From Candidatus Latescibacterota bacterium (lineage in GTDB: Bacteria; Latescibacterota; UBA2968; GCA-2709665): 64,000 nucleotides of DNA. The stretch covers positions 3,168,001 through 3,232,000 of the forward strand of contig OZ244937.1 of the NCBI GenBank assembly GCA_965222075.1, read 5' to 3'. The number at the start of each line of letters is the position of its first letter. Position 1 is the first letter of the stretch. Positions 24,301 to 32,386 of the stretch are shown here, piece by piece. The position numbers and the translations under genes were made by a program. The notes beneath the pieces were generated by a model. It saw nothing but the letters and a program-made list of their open reading frames with translations, did no database searches and was not told where the DNA came from.

Positions 24301-24454
24301 CCTGGTGGTAGTGGATTTTGAAGTGCTCGGTCTCCAGTGTTTCCCAGGTCAGCTCCGGATGGTTGGCCTCCCTGCCGAGCTGGGCCTGAGCGGGTGTTGT
24401 TAAGACGAGCAGGCCCAACGCGAAGAGCAGAAGCTTGTATTGCCTTTCACACAT
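21380..24454 (-). CDS. Zinc peptidase - TolB/PD40 beta-propeller - Omp85/BamA-like barrel fusion
   Basis: Signal peptide; HELTH...WYAEG; WSPNG/WSPDG PD40 repeats; LGGLPYLKGY barrel-loop motif. Confidence 0.8.
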   Translation of the reverse strand: MCERQYKLLLFALGLLVLTTPAQAQLGREANHPELTWETLETEHFKIHYHQGLERFAGRASRAAEEVFGPITRLYGFVPDKKIRLVLKDVDDIGFGVAIPPFNMLEIWASSINIDFEFRGTKTDWLRNVFTHELTHLISLQTARKGTRRLPALVFQFLGYQSEGRRDDVLTGYPDILAAYAVPTTIVPPWYAEGTAQYMAAGAHYDRWDSHRDMILRMATLNDALLTYDEMNAFGAKTGLGFEKVYDHGYALVLFIVNTFGEENLARIYKNMTTWWRTDFGGAVQEALGISGRELHRRWVASLKERYRMQEAQIGADPAAGEVVHAEGYLNLYPRWSPNGKRLAYLSNAGSDYGRTGLYAFTFADSTQELVAPGARTAFDWSPDGVHLLFARRSPPNRYGCRFWDLYTANPSHPDKKSAFQKAAGILGLSGGKRPGETRLSHSLRAVFPAYAPDATAIAFVKNRGGSTNLGIMDTSTREVRYLTQFDDGTLVYTPRWSPDGKRIAFSIFRPDGSRDIAVIPAEGGDWTCVVASSGTDRDPCWTPDGAGLVFASDREGIFDLYHLDLTDGAVHRITRVPGGALQPHVHPHDGRIAFTYYGAKGYEIRTIDGRSLWESVDLLAFHPRGTAPPLPRLAEVEQPESRPYKNDFTPLIVLPRIAIDAGKLKLGFETGSDDVLGKQGLFFVGMMSLDRDVDLFSLYESRHWRPTLFLEAYRVTRNVEEDVVDRDRDFRIFNRTFALNGIELGAKYRMGRGGLLDARLIYSRYGWIIDQARFNGLNRTTLGATYLNGFDLAFSYRLKSVARARDSEINPRAGRQITFRYDRFFNFFLRGFKENTSVLVEIYDNYFYNQFTLDWSEFLPVGPGRSALGFRFYGGLIDSAVDDFFDFHLGGLPYLKGYTFYSLEGSRAAMFRAAYRFPIRTRINRQTGPVYSDHLYGSIYAGIGRAWDGTASDSTLKRGWKRDVGAQLRYGGTSFYVFPTRISFNIAYGFDTAPLLSPTDPSRRSGLKFYFTLLFGYLQSVGL

Positions 24455-24494
24455 TCGTCCAGGTTCCAGGTTAAAGGCCAGGCGGCAAAGGGAT

Positions 24495-27400
24495 CTATTT
24501 GATCACCGCCGCTTTTACGAATCGGACTTCAGACCGATCTGTGGATACGGCTTCCACCCGACAGATGTAAAGGCCGCTTGCATAGTCGCTGGTGTCCCAG
24601 AAGATTTCGTTGTCCGTTCTGGGCACCGGGTTCTCCAGGGAGAGGCGATCCACAATTTCTCCGAGGGCGTTGAGCACCACGACCCGGATCTGGGCGGTAT
24701 TGCCCAGGAAGAATCGGAGGGTGGCCGACGATCCCCGGATAGGATTGGGATAGCAGTAGACCCGTCCCGAGGGGAGGAGCAGGGGAGAAGGGTCCTCGGG
24801 AGCGGCCTGGGGGGACATGAGGAGATGGCCGGTGTTTGCGGAACCGCCTCCGAGCTGTCCCCAGACGATTCGGTTGCCGATCAAGTCAGGGGCGACCTCT
24901 TCCAGGTGCCAGAGGTGAACCGCGCCGTTGGCCGTAAACAGGACGAGTTCCAGGGTGCCGTCTCCATCCAGGTCGTCGAGGATGGGCGAGGTCCGGATCG
25001 GGCCCGACACGGAGAGGGGGAAGCCGGGCAGGGGCGTGCCGTCTCCGCGCAAGCCGTAGAGGAGCCCCCCCTGTGAACCGGCGAGAATTTCGGGGGCGCC
25101 GTCTCCATCCAGGTCCGCCAGAACGGGCGGGGCGCCGATGGGGCCGGCCTCATCTTTGAGGGGGAAGGCAAGAGGGGCGCCGGTTTGCAGCACGCCGTTG
25201 AAGCGAACCGCCCAGAGACGCCCGCTGCCCCCAAAGAGTGCTTCGACAAAGCCGTCTCCATCCAGGTCCGCCAGAACGGGCGGAGAGACCGCGCCACCGG
25301 GCACCGGCACGCTCTGTGCGACCAGCCCGGCGTTGTTGAGGATGGAGACGACGCCGTTGGCGGTTACGAGGACGACCTCGTCTACTCCACTCCGGTCGAG
25401 GTCGGCTAAGACCGGGGCGCCTACGGCCGGCCCCTGGAGCGCTGCGAGCCGCCGGACCCGGGCAGGACCTTCGACGATGGCGATGCGGCCGGTTTGGGTG
25501 AGGGCGATCAGTTCGTTGGACGGGTCCTCGTCGATGTTCCCGACCGCGAGCGCCGCAACAGGTTCAGGGCCCAGGTCTGCACTTCCGCTCTCGCCTGCAA
25601 ATTTGCCCCATTCGACCCTTCCATCGGACCAGCCCCAGATGTCTGCGGACGCACTGCCGGGGAACGGAGCGATGACCGGCGCTGCTGAGACCACAGCGTT
25701 ACGAGGGGCAACCTCGTCGCCTGGGGTTGGGATGAAGCGGCCGTTCACCCACAGGATGGGTGTGCCCCCGTCGCCAAAGATGAATTCGGTCCGGCCGGCG
25801 CCCGCTCCGCCGGTTACCAGGTTGCCAACAGCAGGCGGTACCGAGGCCGAGAACTGAAAGGCGTTGAAGGGGCTGCCGTTGAGGGTCCAGGCGCTGTGAC
25901 CGGTGGGTGCGCCCCTGATGATCTCTTTTTGCCCGTCTCCGTCCAGGTCCAGGGCGCGGGGAGCCTGGAGACTGCCTGGAGGCAGGCCGGTAACCGGCCA
26001 GGCGCCCTGCCGTAGGGCAAGGGTAATAGCCACGGCCATGGTGTCTCCCGGCGGGCTGAGGACCTCGATGGTGAAGCCTGTGGAATAGCCGAGGTTGCTG
26101 CTGGTGTTTGGCGTGGTGTCCGGGCCAAAGCGGGCCGTGTTGCCCACGTAGAAAGGGTCCTGGGGACCGCCCTGGATGCTGCTGAGGGAGATGATGCCGC
26201 TTTGAACAATCCGGCCGGCGGAGACATTGCCGATGTCTTCCAGCCCGTCGGCCTCTTCCAGCGTGATTCCCCGCCGAAACTGAGAGCTGATCCCGTCGGA
26301 GGCGATCCGGTAGCCGGGGTTGCTGTTGATGGGGTGATCGTTGTCGCTGGCGCGGATGACGGTATCATCCACGTGCCAGATCAGGAGGCCCGAGCCGGGG
26401 ATAAAGGCGTCGTAGTCGTCCACGGAGAGCCAGACCCCTCCCCCATCCTGCCGGGAAAATGCGATGCTGGGCACCCGCCCCTTGAGGGCCAGACGGGAGA
26501 TCCGATTTTCGAGCAGGAAGTATTCGGTGGCGCTGATGGGGACTTTGACCGCCTGGGGCAGGTCGGATACGACGTGGGGGGCCACGACCTGCACGGTGTC
26601 GTTATGGGTGACGGTTTTCGGCGTGAGCCAGCCGAGCTGAATCCGGGACCAGGCGAGCATCCGGCTGGGGATGAAGCCGAGGAGCACCGTATCGGCGGGC
26701 TCGGCCGACAACCCCTTGAGGCCGAGCCGGGCGGATGAGGCAACGCCGATGTTTCCGGTATCCATCAGGCTCCAGTCGCCCACCGCGGGCAGGCCGTCTT
26801 CAAAGTTGGAGAGCCCCTGCAGGCCAAGCTGGTTGGCAAAGAAGCGGGCGAGGGTGCCGTTGAGCCCCCCCCGCCCATCGGTGCTGATGGCTTCTGGAAG
26901 GAGCATGCCACCCGTAACACGGCCGGCGCCGTTGTCCACCCGGATCGGGCCGCCTGCGTAGCGCGCGAGGTCGGGTGGGGCGATAAAGGCGGAGGGGATG
27001 TCGTTGAGGGCCTGTTGGCCCGCTTCTGCCCCCAGCCCCGCGTGGAAGACCGCAAAGGCCCGAAAGTTTGAGAAATCGAGGCCTTCCCCTTCGGCCGAGT
27101 CGGCAGCGGCGATCCCATCCCGGAAGAGCCGGGTCTGGCGCTCGTCGATTTCCTGCTGGGTTCTTCCGTTGCCGTATTCCTTCAGGGGGGTGGGAAGAAC
27201 ATAGCTGCTGTTGGAATCGCCGGGGTAGACCTCGTAGTCGATTTCAAGCTGTCCCTGGGAGATGTCCCGGTAGTAGTTCGCCAGGGCCTGGAGGTGGGCG
27301 TCAAAGTAGGCTTTGTCGTGTGGGGGCGTATCGTAAGGGAAGCGCAGGCTGTCTTGTACGTCGGCGGTGGGCCGGAGGTCGAAGGTCCCATTGCCGCTGG

Positions 27401-27635
27401 TGGTTTCATCGTCCGGCTCTTCCCGGGGGAAGGAGACCCGCACCGCCAGGATGCGCCAGGTTTCTACGGCCTCTGCAGTGGGAGGAACAATACCCCCTGC
27501 GGTGAGGAGAAGGAGGAGCCCCCTGTACGCAGAAGAGACCGCAAGGCGTGGGAGAAAGGCCCGGTGTGCCCCGGTTGCCTTTTGCCCCTCCTGCGGTCCG
27601 GTTTTTCGCGTTTGCCGTGCCCGCCTCAACCCCAC
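24495..27635 (-). CDS. M6 (immune inhibitor A)-like domain + FG-GAP repeats + T9SS-type C-terminal domain; start uncertain
   Basis: FHAG, WSLMDTG, EYFLLENR, GLLIWHVD; repeated DLDGDG; YCYPNP...ASGLY...KAAVIK tail. Confidence 0.8.
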   Translation of the reverse strand: MGLRRARQTRKTGPQEGQKATGAHRAFLPRLAVSSAYRGLLLLLTAGGIVPPTAEAVETWRILAVRVSFPREEPDDETTSGNGTFDLRPTADVQDSLRFPYDTPPHDKAYFDAHLQALANYYRDISQGQLEIDYEVYPGDSNSSYVLPTPLKEYGNGRTQQEIDERQTRLFRDGIAAADSAEGEGLDFSNFRAFAVFHAGLGAEAGQQALNDIPSAFIAPPDLARYAGGPIRVDNGAGRVTGGMLLPEAISTDGRGGLNGTLARFFANQLGLQGLSNFEDGLPAVGDWSLMDTGNIGVASSARLGLKGLSAEPADTVLLGFIPSRMLAWSRIQLGWLTPKTVTHNDTVQVVAPHVVSDLPQAVKVPISATEYFLLENRISRLALKGRVPSIAFSRQDGGGVWLSVDDYDAFIPGSGLLIWHVDDTVIRASDNDHPINSNPGYRIASDGISSQFRRGITLEEADGLEDIGNVSAGRIVQSGIISLSSIQGGPQDPFYVGNTARFGPDTTPNTSSNLGYSTGFTIEVLSPPGDTMAVAITLALRQGAWPVTGLPPGSLQAPRALDLDGDGQKEIIRGAPTGHSAWTLNGSPFNAFQFSASVPPAVGNLVTGGAGAGRTEFIFGDGGTPILWVNGRFIPTPGDEVAPRNAVVSAAPVIAPFPGSASADIWGWSDGRVEWGKFAGESGSADLGPEPVAALAVGNIDEDPSNELIALTQTGRIAIVEGPARVRRLAALQGPAVGAPVLADLDRSGVDEVVLVTANGVVSILNNAGLVAQSVPVPGGAVSPPVLADLDGDGFVEALFGGSGRLWAVRFNGVLQTGAPLAFPLKDEAGPIGAPPVLADLDGDGAPEILAGSQGGLLYGLRGDGTPLPGFPLSVSGPIRTSPILDDLDGDGTLELVLFTANGAVHLWHLEEVAPDLIGNRIVWGQLGGGSANTGHLLMSPQAAPEDPSPLLLPSGRVYCYPNPIRGSSATLRFFLGNTAQIRVVVLNALGEIVDRLSLENPVPRTDNEIFWDTSDYASGLYICRVEAVSTDRSEVRFVKAAVIK

Positions 27636-27772
27636 GGTTCATTCCAAATATAAAAAAACGTGAAACGGCAAACGTGAGAGAGAAGCAAAGCGCGAGGCGC
27701 AGCGCGTTAAAGACAAACCCCAATGCCCGATACGCAATGCGCTTTGCGGCTGTTGTTTGCCGTTTGCCTGTT

Positions 27773-28816
27773 TTAGAAGGAGAATCCCCCTGAAAACCGA
27801 AACACTTCGCCGAAGCCCGATCTCTCCTTATCCATCGGGACAAAATAGGAGAGGTCAAATGAGGCCCAGTTGTACTTCAGCCCCAGGCCGAAGGTGAGGG
27901 CCTTCCGTTTGCCATCCGTGTCGTGAGTGTAGCCCGCGCGGAGGGCAAAGGCCGAGTCTTCGGAGAGGTTATAGGCCCACTCTGCGCCGGTGTGGTAGTC
28001 GATGTCTTTGAACTCTTCGGCCGCAGGGCTGTCTGCCCATCCGCTGATAAAGGAGATGAACCCCTCGTCCGCCAACGGCTTGTAGATATCGGTGGAAAAA
28101 AGCACCGAGGAGTGTTTTCCTTTAAAAATTCTGTAGGCAAAACCGATGGTAAGGTTCTGAGGCAGGGGGTCGGCCTGGTCGGCATCGATAAAGGTGATGT
28201 TCGGCCCCAGGTTGCGGAGCACCCAGGCGAGGGCGAACCGATCAGAAGCCTTCCACATAAAGCCGAGGTCGCCCGCGAAGGTTGTGCCTGCGCCCTTCCC
28301 TTGCTCGTTACCAGCGCCCTGGCTGGCGAGGTTTTCGTGGACCAGTTTTACGGTAACGCCCAACGACATGGTCTTTGTGAAGGAGGTTCCATAAGATACC
28401 CCAAAGGCCAGGCCAAAGCTTGGAAATTCTCCCAGGTCGTTCCCCTGTTGATCCCTTCGGAACTGGGTACCAAGAGATGTGTAAGTGAGGCTGAACCCCA
28501 GGTTGCCCACTCCTGCGAAGGGCTGAGTGTAGGCGCCGAAGGAGGTGAAGATATCGGTCGCCAGCCTTGGGACGGGCCTGTAGAATGTGGTGCTCAGGCT
28601 CCGGTCCGTGTCGTCGGCCAGGGCTGCGGGGTTGTAGTAGGTGGCATTGGCGTCGTCGGCAATGGCGATAAAGGCCTCTCCCATGCCCGCGGAACGGGCG
28701 CTGGGCTGGAAGAGGAGAAAGGGCGCAGCCGCCCGACTCTCCGGGGTGGCCCAGGCCACGCCGGTTGTGAGGGTGCCGATACCGGCCACAAACAGGATGA
28801 AAAGGGACTTCTTCAT
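27773..28816 (-). CDS. porV: PorV/PorQ-family outer-membrane barrel (type IX secretion shuttle-like)
   Basis: PFLLFQPSARSAGMGEA...DANATYYNPA, NLGP...DPLPQNL, ALRAGY and TFGLG motifs; C-terminal Phe; AGGAGG RBS. Confidence 0.78.
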   Translation of the reverse strand: MKKSLFILFVAGIGTLTTGVAWATPESRAAAPFLLFQPSARSAGMGEAFIAIADDANATYYNPAALADDTDRSLSTTFYRPVPRLATDIFTSFGAYTQPFAGVGNLGFSLTYTSLGTQFRRDQQGNDLGEFPSFGLAFGVSYGTSFTKTMSLGVTVKLVHENLASQGAGNEQGKGAGTTFAGDLGFMWKASDRFALAWVLRNLGPNITFIDADQADPLPQNLTIGFAYRIFKGKHSSVLFSTDIYKPLADEGFISFISGWADSPAAEEFKDIDYHTGAEWAYNLSEDSAFALRAGYTHDTDGKRKALTFGLGLKYNWASFDLSYFVPMDKERSGFGEVFRFSGGFSF

Positions 28817-29263
28817 TTGGAAACTCCTCCTCTTAAGAGGTAATTGTGGTCTTGTGTCGGGAGAAAAAATAAGCAAAAATAGGGCCAAATGGTACAAAAA
28901 ACCCCGGATACGGACGCAGATCAACGGTTCCGTCAACCCGGGTGGGTTTTGTTCCACTTGGACATGCTGTATCCTCACTCGCTAAGGCCTTTGGCTGGAT
29001 CTTACAATCGGCGGTTGCAACACCCGACATCAAGAGGTACGAAAGGCCCACCAAAGACCCGATGTACCACGTGGACGAGCTGATGGTTGGACAAATGTTG
29101 GTAAGTCAAAAAAGGCCAAACCCTTTAGCGAGTAACAGTAGGCACTCCTTTGGCGAGATGGCGTTGAAGAGAAAAAGAAAAAAAGCTTGTTTAACAGCGG
29201 TTCGTTGTATATTTTTTCCTGAGTCGATGATCGGTGGCTGATCCTTTGAGAAAAGGGAGCGCA

Positions 29264-29530
29264 ATGATTGAACAAGACTTACTCGATATCCTGGCCTGCC
29301 CGGAGAACAAGACGCCAGTGAGGCTGGCCGATCAGACGCTGGTTGACGAAATCAACTACCGTATTGAAAAAGGCGAAGTCAAAAACCGGGCACAGAAACG
29401 GGTCGAGAAGAAGATTGACGGTGGCCTGGTTCGAGAGGATGGCGCGTATCTTTATCCTGTAGAAGACGATATTCCAATTATGCTTATCGACGAAGCCATC
29501 CCGTTAAAGGATACTTCTTTACGTCCCTGA
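29264..29530 (+). CDS. Trm112/YcaR-family protein
   Basis: LLDILACPE...YPVEDDIPIMLIDEA. Confidence 0.85.
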   Translation: MIEQDLLDILACPENKTPVRLADQTLVDEINYRIEKGEVKNRAQKRVEKKIDGGLVREDGAYLYPVEDDIPIMLIDEAIPLKDTSLRP

Positions 29531-29730
29531 TTTCTTACGGGGGCACAAAAAAAACAGCTTTTTTTCTTGCCGGATTCTTCAGAAGTATCCGTGAAGGCGT
29601 CAATAAGCATAAACGCACCTGCCCTCTTTTCGGTTCCCAATTTTATTTCCCGGCCATCGCATCTTTTCCCGGCCCCTTTTATCACGTAGGGAAGGCAGAC
29701 GGCCGTTATTTTATATTTTCATTTTACAGT

Positions 29731-31362
29731 ATGTTAAGGCTGTATTCAGCGGAGCGGCCTGCCTCCATCCGGGTTCGATGGTCCTTTTTCTGGATTCTGA
29801 GGAGGGGGCTGTGTGCTCTGGGCGTCTGCCTTGCCGGGTGCACCGGGCAGGAGAGCGGGGATGGGGCACCTGCCCCGGCGGTCTCTCCAGTGCCGGACGG
29901 CCAGGTGGTGTGGCGTTCCTGGTCCCACCGGGATTCGGCCCGGGTGCTGGGGCGTCCTGTTTTTCTTTTTTTGTATACCCGCCGTTCCTGCTGGTGCCGG
30001 GAAATGGTTGAGCGCTGTTTTGCAGATCGGGCGCTGGCCCGTGAGGTGGTCCGGGGGACCTTCCCAATCCGGGTGGATGCGGACCGCCGCCCCGACCTGG
30101 CCGAACGGTTTGGGATGGGGGGGTGGCCTTCGGTGGTTTACCTTACCCCAGAGGGGGACTGGGTGACGGGAAGCACCTATATGGATCCGGTCGATTTGGT
30201 TGATCTGACGCGGCGGGTGCGCGTCTATTTTGACAACCCCAAGCGCCGGGAGGATCTGGAACGGGAGCGAGGGTATCTAAAGAAACGGGTAGCGCAGGAG
30301 GCCCGACGCGGTTTGCATCCGCCTTCTTCGGAGCTCTTGCAGCGGCTGGTGGACAGTACTCGCACGGCGGTTGCCCGGGGGGCGCATCCCGGATTTGAGG
30401 CCCTTACCATGCTCTTGGAATACGGCGGGCTAAAGGGGGATTCCGACGCAAGGGAGGCCGCCCTGGGCATGCTGGACTGCCTGGCCTGTGGGCCCATGCG
30501 GGACCGGGACGGTACCTTTTTTCTGGCGCCTCTGACATCCGATGCGGCCGTGGTGGACCGGGAAAAGAACTTGGCGGTGAACGCCGGGCTGCTGGGGACG
30601 TTTGCCCGGGCCGCCCGACAGACGGGGCAGGAGAGGTACCGGGAGGTCGCTGTGGGGCTGGGTGAGGCCCTCCGGCAGGGATTCTACGACCCTCCGAATT
30701 CCCTCTTTTTTGCAGGATATGCGGGGGTTTGCGAACGGGCGCTTTTGAATGAAGAGGCAACAGCCCTCCGCGATCCGGCCTTTTACACCGGCTGGAATGC
30801 GCTGGCGGTCTCTGCGTTTTTGGACCTCTATCGGGCGGTGGGGGAGGATCGGTATCTGGAGGTCGGCCGTCGGGTTTTGGCGGCCCTGCGGCGACGGATG
30901 GTCCGTGCGGATGGGGGATTCTGGCATTTTCCCAACCCCCCCCAGGACATTCCCCTGCTGTTAGAGGATCAGGCCCTGCTTGCGCGTGCGGCGCTGGATC
31001 TTTTTGAAATTGATGGCTGCGCCGAGGACCTTCGGTTTGCCCGGGATCTGGCCGATATGATGGTTGAGCGGTTTGCGCACGGTTCGGGTGCACTGCACGA
31101 CCGGATGCCTGAACCGGATCGGGCCACCACACCGGCCCTTGACCGCCTGTTGCCTTCGGGCAACGGGGTTGCTGTGCAGGTGCTGCTTCGGCTCCACACC
31201 CTTACGGGCCATTCCCCTTACCGGGAGCGTGCCAGCGGGATATTGACGGCCTTAGTAGGGCCCCATATCGACCGTGCGGCCTATCTGGGCGCTCTGTCCC
31301 GAGGCCTCATCGCCTATCTCTATCCATCCAAACCCTCTAAACCCCGGATCGAATCGCTGTGA
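29731..31362 (+). CDS. Thioredoxin-domain YyaL/DUF255 family protein, probable lipoprotein; start uncertain
   Basis: IRVDADRRPDL, GGWPS, WNALAV, LEDQA and LPSGN motifs; LAGC lipobox. Confidence 0.8.
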   Translation: MLRLYSAERPASIRVRWSFFWILRRGLCALGVCLAGCTGQESGDGAPAPAVSPVPDGQVVWRSWSHRDSARVLGRPVFLFLYTRRSCWCREMVERCFADRALAREVVRGTFPIRVDADRRPDLAERFGMGGWPSVVYLTPEGDWVTGSTYMDPVDLVDLTRRVRVYFDNPKRREDLERERGYLKKRVAQEARRGLHPPSSELLQRLVDSTRTAVARGAHPGFEALTMLLEYGGLKGDSDAREAALGMLDCLACGPMRDRDGTFFLAPLTSDAAVVDREKNLAVNAGLLGTFARAARQTGQERYREVAVGLGEALRQGFYDPPNSLFFAGYAGVCERALLNEEATALRDPAFYTGWNALAVSAFLDLYRAVGEDRYLEVGRRVLAALRRRMVRADGGFWHFPNPPQDIPLLLEDQALLARAALDLFEIDGCAEDLRFARDLADMMVERFAHGSGALHDRMPEPDRATTPALDRLLPSGNGVAVQVLLRLHTLTGHSPYRERASGILTALVGPHIDRAAYLGALSRGLIAYLYPSKPSKPRIESL

Positions 31363-32282
31363 CCTCCTCTCCTGACACCGTCCTTGTGGTGGGGGCCACC
31401 GGCTTTCTTGGACGCGTCCTTTGCGATGTACCCAGTCGGGACTTTCGGCGCATTCCGGTGGTCCGAACGCTGCGTGCTCCCTTTGCCAAACCGCCGTTGC
31501 GGCAGATGGATATTACCGATTCTGGACAGGTCAATGAGGTGGTCGAACAGGTCCGTCCCAAATGGGTGATCAATACAGCGGCAGAGACCGGCGTTGATGC
31601 GTGCGAGGCGGAGCCGGAACGTGCCCGCCGCGTCCATGTCGACGGGGTGCGCAACCTGGTCCGGGCGTGTGAACAGACGGGCAGCGGGCTGGTTACCCTT
31701 TCGACCAACTATGTGTTCGACGGCACAAAGGGCCCCTATGGGGAGGAGGATGCGCCCAACCCGCTCAATGTGTACGGCCAGACCAAGTTGGAGGGCGAGG
31801 CCTGTATCTTAGAGGCGCGGTGTCCGGGTATTGTAGTCCGTACAGCCGTGCTGTACGGGTATCGGCCGGGGTGCCGGCCCAACTTTGTGACCTGGGCAGC
31901 GAGCGCCCTGGCAAGGGGGGAAGAGATTCGGGTGGTGACCGATGAGTGGGCGAATCCGACCTGTGTTGACGAATTGGCGGTTTTCTTGCTGGATTTGTGT
32001 CGAAAGGATTTTCGGGGCTTGATCCATTTTGGCGGTGTCGAATCCCTCACCCGCTATGAGATGGTGCAGCAGATTTGTGCCTATTTCGGCCTGGATGTCC
32101 ATCTGGTGGCGCCTGTGGCCTCTGCGGAACTGGGGCAGATGGCCCGGCGCCCCTTACGGGCAGGCCTCAAGATGGATCGGGCATGGGAGGTTTTCGACGG
32201 GCGGGTTGGGTCCTTCGGCGAGAATCTCCGGCGGTTGGCCGCTTCGATTGGGGACCCCGCCGCCCTCCCCTCACAGGCGTGA
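31359..32282 (+). CDS. rfbD: dTDP-4-dehydrorhamnose reductase family SDR
   Basis: GATGFLG, STNYVFDG, PLNVYGQTKLEGE and NPT motifs. Confidence 0.85.
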   Translation: MTSSPDTVLVVGATGFLGRVLCDVPSRDFRRIPVVRTLRAPFAKPPLRQMDITDSGQVNEVVEQVRPKWVINTAAETGVDACEAEPERARRVHVDGVRNLVRACEQTGSGLVTLSTNYVFDGTKGPYGEEDAPNPLNVYGQTKLEGEACILEARCPGIVVRTAVLYGYRPGCRPNFVTWAASALARGEEIRVVTDEWANPTCVDELAVFLLDLCRKDFRGLIHFGGVESLTRYEMVQQICAYFGLDVHLVAPVASAELGQMARRPLRAGLKMDRAWEVFDGRVGSFGENLRRLAASIGDPAALPSQA

Positions 32283-32312
32283 AGGCCCCCGTGCCGGACA
32301 TGCGATTTCTCC

Positions 32313-32341
32313 TTGACATCTCGTCTGGCTGAGGTTATGTT
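32313..32341 (+). promoter_or_regulatory. Probable sigma-70 promoter
   Basis: TTGACA-N17-TATGTT upstream of the S41 peptidase. Confidence 0.55.
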
Positions 32342-32386
32342 AGCTTGGCTTTTCGCTCTGTTTTGAAACCCCTTCCGAGGTCTGTT

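Noticed and set aside
28830-29260. Long intergenic region with hairpins as a possible riboswitch or ncRNA
   Set aside because: No recognisable Rfam-like consensus by eye; an Infernal search would be needed
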